Source: Octopus sinensis
Taxonomy: Eukaryota
Length of the DNA stretch: 64,000 nucleotides
Assembly (NCBI RefSeq): GCF_006345805.1
Contig: NC_043015.1
Span: 26,040,001-26,104,000 of the forward strand
Reading direction: 5' to 3'
The notes beneath the pieces are model-generated. The model had not been told where the DNA came from. It searched no databases and saw only the letters and a list, made by a program, of their open reading frames with translations. The translations under genes and the position numbers were made by a program. Positions 53,871 through 64,000 of this stretch are shown here, piece after piece (positions within the stretch are counted from its first letter, which is position 1; every line of letters starts with the position of its first letter).

Positions 53871-54469
53871 TAATTGTAGTTTATTGTTTTTAGTGTGTGA
53901 ATATGCTTTTCTTGGATTCTTTATCTCCTCACCAAATGAGTTTAGCAAGCAAAGGTGTGTCTCTTGAACTTTTTTACTTTAATTTCTAACACGTGCTGGA
54001 GGTGGAGATACACATATACATACAGACAGATACATACAGACATACACATACACACACATACATACGCACGTGACCACACCTATGTATCAGTGCGTTTGTG
54101 TATACAACCGTCTATCACATGCACTCACACACGTGCGCACCACACATGACTACGAAGACGAAAGAAATATTTGGAGAGAAATGAAAGAGAGAGAGAGAGG
54201 GAGAGAGAAAGAAAAAAGAAAGGAAAAGAATACGAGAGAAACAGAGCAAACATATTTATAGCTTGCGTGTATATATGTCTATGTGTGTCTGTGTATGCGT
54301 GAGCGTGGTTCTGTTTCAGTGCGAGTACGTGTGTGTTTGTATGTGTGTGTGTGTGTGTGGTGTGTGTGTGTGAGCGCGCGCGCGCGAGCGTATGTGTCAG
54401 TGTGCATGTGTGAATGTTTGTGTGTATATGTGTCTGTGTGCGCGCGTATGTACGTGTGTGTGTGTGTGT

Positions 54470-54645
54470 GTAGCGGAAGCAAATCCTGATCTCAAAGATG
54501 GTGAACTCGTCACGAAGTCGTGTGGAGAGTTCTTTGTAGCGTGACGACTATCGTTAGGTGGTGTCACGACGTTAGGCCGGATTGACGTGTTCTGAAATCT
54601 CCACCGCCATTGGTTCATTCCCACCAATCACAGCAATTGTTCAGA
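54470..54645. promoter_or_regulatory. small CpG-rich unique segment with CCAAT-like boxes (possible regulatory element)
   Basis: About 12 CpG in about 140 bp; CCATTGG and CCAATCA; TGACG half-sites. No expression data. Confidence 0.25.
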
Positions 54646-55149
54646 GGCATTGAAGCAACTAATTACAAAGTAAAATAGCGTTCATAATTACAACAACAAT
54701 AGCTATTTCGAATTATCTTTCGTGTATTAATTAGCATTAATGAAATTACATTATTAATATTTGATGTAATTATAACGAGAGTGCATCTAAAGCAATCGAA
54801 TCCCTTGCGGGGGTCAAGGCAATCTTGGTTGTTGTTGTTGCTGTTGTTGTTAATGTGGTTAATGTTGTTGTTGCTGTTGTTAATATTGCTGCCGTTGTTG
54901 TTACCGTTGTAGCTGTTGCTATTTAACTTCTCGTTTTTACTGTTGCTTTTGGTGCTGCTGTTGTGGTTGTTTATCTTGTTGCTGCTTACGCCTAGTTCAA
55001 CTCTCATCTAGATGATCTATGATCAATGGCCTTCTACCCACGAACTTCCAGAATTGTTCGTTTAATTGAAACTATGTCTGGTAGGGGCACGGGCGTCGGT
55101 TGAGTCAGCTTCTTAGTAAAATAATCGATGTTTTACAGTTATCTCAATA

Positions 55150-55347
55150 ATACCTATTTCTTTACTACCCATAAGGAGCTAAACACAGAGATGATAGACA
55201 AACGGATTAAGTCGATTACATCGACCCCAGTGCGTAACTGGTACTTATTTAATCGACCCCGAAAGGATGAAAGGCAAAGTCGACCTCGGCGACGAAATAC
55301 GGCTACGCATTTCGCCCGGCGTGCTAACGTTTCTGCCAGCTCACCGC
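55150..55347 (-). mobile_element. SINE-A
   Basis: Reverse complement of the SINE-A head and body. Confidence 0.8.
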
Positions 55348-55447
55348 ATACAGCACGGAAACGAGAATGCTATGATGCCATAGAATGTATGGTTTATCAT
55401 ATATGTGTGTGTGTGTGATGTGTCAAATATATATAGATATATATGTA

Positions 55448-55820
<373 letters not shown>

Positions 55821-56022
55821 AATTGTATTCTTATTTGCATTCCCGGCAACTCTGGTTGCCTACCGTGAAATATGAATAGAGCTTTTCTCAATTTATCAAA
55901 CATCAATAAAACAAACATCTATCTTTCGTCTCAATAAATCACTCTTGTCCCTGAAAGTTGTTTTTTTATATCTACTACGGATTGTTTGAAGCTAAATTTC
56001 TTCCTTACCTCGATCTTTGAAT

Positions 56023-56060
<38 letters not shown>

Positions 56061-56065
<5 letters not shown>

Positions 56066-56140
56066 TCTGTCCACAGTACTTACTCAGCACTGCCTGATAC
56101 ATTTAGGTCTTATTGACACCATTACCTCTCATAACATATA

Positions 56141-56189
<49 letters not shown>

Positions 56190-56270
56190 ATATATGTTAT
56201 GAGAGGTAATGGTGTCAATAAGACCTAAATGCTGATACATTTAGGTCTTATTGACACATTACCTCTCATA

Positions 56271-56306
<36 letters not shown>

Positions 56307-56324
56307 ATATATATAATATATATA

Positions 56325-56366
<42 letters not shown>

Positions 56367-56438
56367 ATGAGAGGTAATGGTGTCAATAAGACCTAAATGT
56401 ATCAGGCAGTGCTGAGTAAGTACTGTGGACAGACCATA
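56061..56438. repeat. double fold-back around two (TA)n tracts
   Basis: 56061-56138 and 56361-56438 are exact inverted copies; inner partial copies at 56193-56231 (inverted) and 56232-56275 (direct). Confidence 0.85.
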
Positions 56439-56519
56439 GTTAAGCTCCAGGTTTGGTGATTATGCGAATAAGGAGTACAATGTAGGTCATATATCAGCAT
56501 GTATATATATAAAAAAAAA

Positions 56520-57037
56520 TTTTTTCAGAATGAGATAAAAATTCAAGGCCGTGAAAGATTTTAGAACATTTATAAATAGAAGGTTTTACAGCTGTTTCCG
56601 GGATACTTTATATATCCCTTCGTCGGAGACGGCGTGAGAAGATGGTTAAGCAATAGTTAATTTAGATAAGTGAAATACAGAGTGAAATGGAGGAATGAAA
56701 TTAGATGTTAGAAATGCAGGGATATTGCATCTATAATTCGAATGACCAATTTTAAATACTAATGGAACTTACTCACAAGTTATTGGAATCTTATATGTAT
56801 ACCATTCTGCTTAAATAATGGATCTACAGATGCAATATCCCTGCCTATCTCACATCTATTTTCATTCCTTCACTTCACTCTCTATTTCATATCTTATCTA
56901 AATTAACTATTGCTTCACCACACCGTCTCCAATGAAAGGATATATAAAATATCCCGGAAACAGCTGTAAGAACTTCTATTTATAAATGTTCTAAAATCTT
57001 TCACGGCCTTGGATTTTTTATCTCATTCGGAAAAAAA
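56520..57037. mobile_element. PLE fold-back (about 215-bp diverged arms) with HHR-like motif in each arm
   Basis: 56520-56735 vs 56825-57037 are reverse complementary; directly followed by a GIY-YIG relic. Confidence 0.8.
56583..56630 (-). ncRNA. variant hammerhead motif (CCGACGA core); more decayed mirror at 56925-56972 (+)
   Basis: Minus GTCT-CCGACGA-A-GGGATA..TATCCC-G-GAAAC-AGCT-GTA|AAAC; palindromic stem III. Confidence 0.55.
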
Positions 57038-57038
57038 A

Positions 57039-57300
57039 TGTTATTGCACCTTTTGCTCTCTCTGTCCTTCTCTATACATCGAGCAAACGGGACGCCGCTG
57101 GGCTGACCGGTTCGCGGAGCAACTCCGAAACATCTGCTTCGGCAATGACACCCAGGTCTCGCGCCTTTTCTCCTCTACCAGTCACTCATTGGAACACCTG
57201 TCTGTGTTCGGATTGTCCTTGCACAGGAGACATCCGGACTCCCGTTTGTGTCGTGAACAAGGATTGATCTTCTCTCTTCGCTCCTTTGCATGGGCTCAAT
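57039..57300 (+). mobile_element. PLE GIY-YIG endonuclease relic
   Basis: CYCTFCSLCPSLYIEQTGRRWADRFAEQLR...HSLEHLSVFGL...REQGLIFSL. Confidence 0.85.
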
Positions 57301-57624
57301 TCTCCTACCCTCATCAACTAACCTCCTCCCCTCTCCTCTCTCCCCCTCATACCTAATTCCTCCCACCCATCTCTCCTCTCTTGCTCCGACTCCTACTTCT
57401 CTTCACTCCTACTCTCTTTCTCTCTTCCCACCAACCCACCTTCTCCCTTCTCCCGTCATCGTCACCCCTCCCTCGTAACCCCACCCCTACACAATCTAAC
57501 CCCACCTTCCCTATCCATCGCATTCTACCCACCCCATCCCTTACACCCACTCCCACATAGCCCACTTCTACCCCCACCCACCCACATACCCCACCTCTAC
57601 CCCCACCCGCAGATCACAAAATAC

Positions 57625-58449
57625 AGCTCCCAACATTACTTCAGAGCTTAGAGATCACCTCGAGAACCCAGTTTCCACAAAACTGTTCTCCGGTAGCTGC
57701 ACAAAGCCGGATCTAACAGGAAAGCTGCAATCAGAAACCCACCACTTTCAAAAACAAACGTTGCAAAGCGTTTAGAGTGGAGTAAAAACCTAGAGCTGTG
57801 GAAGAATGTTATTTTCTCGGACAAGTCATCCTTTACCATATTTCTAACCACAAGCCGAGTATACGTGTGGAGACAGCCCAAAGAAGCATTTGATCTAGAC
57901 TTCCTTCTTCCAAAGTTAAACATGGAGGAGGATCTGTGATATTCTGGAGGGCTGTAGCCTACATCCGCTAATCCAATGGTTTCCCTTCGTGGCAGAATTA
58001 ATAGTCAAGATTATTTAAGAATTTTATCTGATCAAATTCATCCTGTTGTTGCGGAACTGTTTCCAGAGGGAGACACAATCTTTCAGGAAGATAAAGCACC
58101 AATTCACACAGCTAAAGTTGTTACCAAATGGCACGAGGAACGTTTTTGTGAAGTTGGACATCTTATTTGGCCACCAAAGTCCCCAGATCTCAATATTATT
58201 GAACATCTATGGTGCATTTTAGATAAACAATTAAGGAGTCAATATCCTCCACCATCACCACTACAAGAATTGGAGACGGTTTAAGCTGATAAATGGACAA
58301 CAGTTCCTTTGGAAGTAATTCAAACTTTGTACGAGTCCATACCTCGTGGAATTTAAGCTGTAATTACTGCGAAAGTTGGTCCTACCCAATATTTAAATAA
58401 ATTTGTTTGAAATTTGAAGGTGTTTCCATTATTTTGTCCAGCCCCTATA
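57625..58449 (+). mobile_element. Tc1-family transposon, 5' truncated
   Basis: WKNVIFSDKS, VKHGGGSV, FQEDKAPIH, WPPKSPDLNIIEHLW; right end ..GTCCAGCCCCTATA. Confidence 0.9.
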
Positions 58450-59004
58450 TATTTATATACTTGCACAAGGTAAAAAATACACATGTATATAAAAACAAGT
58501 GCAAAATATACACTCTTACACACACATATGTTTATACACACACACACACACACACACACAAATACATTTATCCACACACAAGCACACACATTCATCATTC
58601 GGCAACGTCTAACCTTTATGGAAATTGCGACCTAAATTCGAAATAGCGCTGTCACCACCACCATCAACACATTACAGTTTTTCCCTGTCTTTTCACATTT
58701 ATGAAATGGTTTTGCCTTCAGCAAACCCTCCCACCCTACCCCCTGCTGATTTGTAGTGATGAGGCATTAATGAAACCACTAACTTTCTTACGAACGAATG
58801 GATACACACCTACACATTTCAGTCACGCACACATGCTAATATCGGTATAAATGCTCACACACGAACACATACACTCTCTTGGCCGCGCATGCGTGAGTAT
58901 TTCATATATTGAACTGTAATGACTTATAATAAGGTCATATAAGGCACTTTTATGTTTTCATGCGACAAATCAGAGACGCCCATTCATGATATGTGCGTCT
59001 GTAC

Positions 59005-59071
<67 letters not shown>

Positions 59072-59194
59072 TATGTATTTATGTATGTATGTATGTATTT
59101 ACGTACGTACGCACATAGATGGGGGCGTCTCTGATTTGTCACATATATACATAGATATGTATATGTAATATACACATTATATGCGTGTGTGCAT

Positions 59195-59530
59195 ACACGC
59201 AGGAGACCCTTTTGCGGGGTTGCAGGGAGAAGGGATGGCAGTTATGGCTTTTCCCAGTTGAGATTGGTAGTAGCGGAGTCCCCGCTCAATCGGCATGGAA
59301 GATGTTCACAGTCATTGGAATGGGAGGGAAAAAGCGAAGGGTGGCTGTACACGGAATGAGAGAGAGGCAGCTGAAAGAGAACTCTTATTGGGTTTGGAGC
59401 AAGAGAGAGGAATTAAGCAGAACGCCAGGTGATGAGGAGGAGCAGTACTTTAGCCACCTCTACTGACCCACCAACGGGAAGGTTGTAGGGTTCAGGTTTG
59501 AAACACCCGATGAATGTTGGATATCATCAG
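59195..59530 (+). mobile_element. Hero/NeSL-like RLE LINE 3' end
   Basis: CREKGWQLWLFPVEIGSSGVPAQS...NSYWVWSKREE. Confidence 0.7.
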
Positions 59531-59603
59531 TTCGTCCTCGCCAAGGCTCCATTCACTTTCGCGAATGGAAAAAGTACCTCCTTATAAGTGTTATTAACAT
59601 TTT

Positions 59604-60042
<439 letters not shown>

Positions 60043-61157
60043 AGATGGTTCTCACATCAATCAACAATGTAAATAAGTAATAAATAATTTTTATGCTGGT
60101 CGAAAGAATCAAAGAATTAATTTTTAGTAGCGAAGGTCGGGATTTTTACTTACAACTTAGAGATTAGTATAGAAATTGACAGTAGATATTTGTTGAGCCA
60201 TTTCCATTTCCTTGCCGTCCATTTTCATGATGCTAAATAACATGTTTTAACAGAAAAAGAACTTTAAGATATGAGTACCTTCAACGTATGAATAATGCTT
60301 AATTTATCGACCCCAGATAGATACAATAGCAGTAAAGATGACTACCCGTTAGATTTGAACTTCCAAGAAAAGAATGGCCGACCTAAATATCAAGAGATAT
60401 TTTGTACGACATTCTTATTCAGCCATTTAAAAAATTCTTCTAAGTCGATGTCATTAAATTCAGGAATCTATTTATGAAATTTATCTTGCAATGTCTGTCC
60501 TCGCCATCCAACTGCGATTCTCTTTACCCGTCTACAGCGTTTTAGAGAACATTAGCATTTTTGAGGTATCCTGTCTGAAATGGTAACAAGTATATAACTT
60601 TGGAACAATTGATTAAGATTTCGCCGAGAACGGCAGTCCACAGTCTTCAATATCCTACCGGGTTATGCGTCTATGACAGGATGAACTTCACCTCTGATTT
60701 ATAGGAGAGCTTAAAAGCTTTTAATCGAAGCAAGTGAACACGCACGTTACATACAAACAATATACCTTATAACATATCACACATCTCCAACACAGGCACA
60801 CACACAAACACACACACACCCACTCACACGCACACATATCAGCATACGTGTTGATAATTGCAGAGAATTTTCTATCGTAGAATTACTAGGGAAAATTCAA
60901 AATCTCTGAGCCTAACGTAGCAGAATCACAAGGTTAAAAATAAATAACTTCTTCACTGACTCTCTTTCCCTTTTCTATCATTCATTCTTTCATTCTTTCT
61001 TTCCTCCTTTCTCTCAACGTTTCTTTTAGTCTCTCTCCCTCGTCTTCTTTCCTTTCTCTATTTTGCAAAATTCCAAATTCCAACGTTCTCCAGAGGAAAA
61101 CACACGCACATATACAAGCATCTGTTCCTAAATATATACACATGTCTATGTATATAT

Positions 61158-61221
<64 letters not shown>

Positions 61222-61409
61222 AAGGACAACTACTTAATTGCAAAATTTTTATTCCGAAAAAACTTTCCTCTCCCGAAATGCAATTTTGTAAAAGTTTGCC
61301 ATTCACCCGGATGTAATATATATAAACTCACCCATGTGCTTCGTTGATGTTGATCAGTTAGCTGTTCGGCTTAAGCGAGGCAGGGTCGTTGTTTATTTAT
61401 AATACATTC

Positions 61410-61457
61410 AGGCCTGCTGATGATTACGTAAGTATGAAATCACTGTGATACAGGCCT
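61410..61457 (+). ncRNA. compact type I hammerhead ribozyme motif
   Basis: AGGCCTG-CTGATGA-TTAC-GTAA-GTAT-GAAA-TCAC-T-GTGA-TA|CAGGCCT; 7-bp stem I, GNRA loop II, self-complementary stem III, AUA triplet. Confidence 0.75.
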
Positions 61458-61595
61458 ATATATTTTAAATGTCTTACTTTGAAAAGTTGCATTCGGTGGG
61501 ATTAGTAATATTTTTGGTAGAAATGACTGATTGTCCCTCTTAGCGTTTGGCAGGTATATATAATGCCTCTGGCATGTATGTATAATTATGCCCTC

Positions 61596-61671
<76 letters not shown>

Positions 61672-61749
61672 CCTATGTATATATATAATATGTATATATA
61701 TATGATGGACACTCTTGCCATTACACGACATATGAGGGTTCGACAATTT

Positions 61750-62010
61750 CTTAGCGAACTTCCACACAGATGATTTGTTTATAGGGATCAAATTTTTGTG
61801 TAGACATAAGCTCACTCCATCCATCAGATCGACATCACCTGTACAGGTGCAACTGGGTGCCACATGTCAGATGACGAAATGATCGCAGAGCTACGTGAAA
61901 TGCAGTGCTTTGTTCAAAAACATAACGCAATGCCCGGTCTGGGAATCGAACCCAGAATCTCGCATTCGTGATTGCAACACCTTTACCACCCACTAAGCCA
62001 TGTGCCTTCA
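61750..62010 (-). mobile_element. tRNA-derived SINE (family D)
   Basis: Reverse strand GGCACATGGCTTAGTGG...GGGTTCGATTCCCAGACCGGGC. Confidence 0.65.
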
Positions 62011-62016
62011 CATATA

Positions 62017-62047
<31 letters not shown>

Positions 62048-62123
62048 ATGGTGGTGTGTTTAGATCTCCGTAACTTAGTAGTTCGGCAAAATATATATAT
62101 ATATGTAGATACATATATGTATG

Positions 62124-62170
<47 letters not shown>

Positions 62171-62531
62171 TTATGTATGTATATATGTATGTATGTATGT
62201 ATATATGTATGTGTATGTATGTTTTTGTTTATGCATATATATGTAAGTAAACATATAGATAGGTACATAGGTAATATGGACAGACAAAAACACACCCATA
62301 CATACGTAAATGAAAACTGAAACACAGGACCATATACACACCCGAACACTTCACACAAATATACATTTGGAGACACAACTATATATAACATACGCACATA
62401 CATAAACAAAAACCCTTACAGAGACACACTCAAACATGAACACATAGACACATGAATAAGCAGAATACATATATATACTCACACACATATATGTATTTAT
62501 ACATACATACATATATATATATATATATGTA

Positions 62532-62663
<132 letters not shown>

Positions 62664-63255
62664 CATATATATAAATATACATGTATACATATATGTATAT
62701 TTATACCTGTATATATATGTTGTTATATTTCGAAATGGTCATTTCGCCAGTTTAGCCAATATATATATACGCACATAAAAAACAATGAACGGACAAGCTA
62801 AACATGTGCTATCACTTTAAAGTCTTTAATATTTAATTTATAATTAAAACACCAACAATGGATCTTGCTGACATTATTACTTTGTAAGTATTTCATTAAT
62901 TTTTTTACTATGGAACTGCGAACTAATGTTATACTTCTTCTATGACCGCTCCTAGATTATTCAAAGAACTGGTAACTACTAATATCTATGCTTAATGATA
63001 TTCTTGATTTCTCTCTCTCCTGCGGCAGAATACATAGCTTACTTAGAAATCGTTACTTTGCTCAACATGTTTGTCTCTTCTAGAAACAGCTGTAAGAGAC
63101 TTTACCTGTTTACTTTTACCTCCCACTACGTTTAAGTTATCGCTCCCCAATGAACCCTTTCTAAACAGCTTTGATAGGTAGCCTCGCCACCAATTTCTTT
63201 TCAGCTGCAGTATACAGTACATACCTATTACATTAAGAACGAAAATCCTCTCTCT

Positions 63256-63305
<50 letters not shown>

Positions 63306-63347
63306 GAAAGAATGGAGTCGAACGAAGATGTCAACAAAATTCCTTTA

Positions 63348-63429
63348 CTCTCGACCTATGTTTCGAAGACAGCATGTTTTCATTCCAAAGGAATAAAGGG
63401 TGCATTGTGCAATTTTCTCATCAGGAAAG
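63348..63429 (-). ncRNA. type I hammerhead motif in an inverted PLE terminal repeat
   Basis: Minus CTTTC-CTGATGA-GAA...TTC-GAAAC-ATAG-GTC|GAGAG; intact core, 5-bp stem I. Confidence 0.75.
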
Positions 63430-64000
63430 AAAGGGAGCCTCTCTCAGATACCTCGATAACGTCTCTAGAGATATAAACAGCTTAGATTCTATCCTGGTCC
63501 AATCGGATAAAACCGGCAACATCTATAATCTTACCAAGAGCCATTATTTGGAACTGCTCGAAAAGGAGATACGTAAGAATTACAGGACCACCAGTAGGAA
63601 TACTCTCAGGCAGGCCAACTTAGAAACTAAGCAGATTATGGAGACTTACGGATTACAGATGAAGACGGAACCAGTGAACGCTAGGCAACCCAGATTCATC
63701 TTAAAGGACCACAAGCAGAACTTTCATACTAACCCAGCATTGCGGCTCATATGCCCTTCCAGTTCAGACATCGGTACCCTTAGTAAATACGTATTAGATA
63801 AGTATATCCCTATATTAATTAATAAATTAAAACTTAGCTTATGGTCCAATTCTGTTCAAGTCGTAGATTGGTTTACTTCTATTACTGATAAGGCCAACAC
63901 TAAATTTATCCAATTCGATATATCTACTTTCTATTCCTCAATCAACCCTATTATACTTAATAAGGCCCTATGGCACGCACACAATAAGGCAGGCCTCTCC
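63374..64000 (+). CDS. Penelope-like reverse transcriptase, open frame running off the window
   Basis: Manual translation, no stop from 63308 to 64000: ILVQSDKTGNIY...RFILKDHKQNF..NPALRLICPSSSDIG.LSK..LD...W.NS..VVDWF...FIQFDISTFYSSI...LNKAL. Absent from the ORF track, probably because there is no stop before the edge. Confidence 0.85.
   Translation, partial: MFSFQRNKGCIVQFSHQERKGASLRYLDNVSRDINSLDSILVQSDKTGNIYNLTKSHYLELLEKEIRKNYRTTSRNTLRQANLETKQIMETYGLQMKTEPVNARQPRFILKDHKQNFHTNPALRLICPSSSDIGTLSKYVLDKYIPILINKLKLSLWSNSVQVVDWFTSITDKANTKFIQFDISTFYSSINPIILNKALWHAHNKAGLS

Noticed and set aside
62990-63105. GAAAC-AGCT-GTA-AGAGAC hammerhead 3' half
   Set aside because: The upstream core is too degenerate (CTGCGGC) to call.

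Overview
Eukaryotic, repeat-dominated DNA with very dense (TA)n/(CA)n/(ATAG)n/(TAA)n microsatellites. The SINE families look cephalopod (probably Octopus); this is recognised from memory, not from a search. Most ORFs in the supplied track are microsatellite artefacts. Supported content: (1) three phase-compatible coding exons of an unidentified minus-strand host gene (52844-52651, a 29-nt micro-exon 52563-52535, and 22322-22080). (2) Decayed retroelements: four to five R4/Dong-type RLE LINE pieces, a near full-length CR1/L2-group LINE, Hero-like and RTE 3' ends, several tRNA-derived SINE families. (3) Decayed DNA transposons: mariner, Tc1, Chapaev3-like. (4) The most striking signal is a dense set of Penelope-like-element (PLE) terminal repeats carrying type I hammerhead ribozyme (HHR) motifs. 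About nine have an intact CUGANGA/GAAA core, and there are several variant or degenerate copies. Many sit in fold-back (inverted-repeat) structures, and one family forms a ~547-bp tandem array with one HHR per unit (retrozyme-like). Two GIY-YIG relics and an open PLE reverse-transcriptase frame running off the right edge support the PLE origin. All structures and translations were read by eye; nothing was computed or searched. Transposon and SINE boundaries are approximate (about +/-20 bp).
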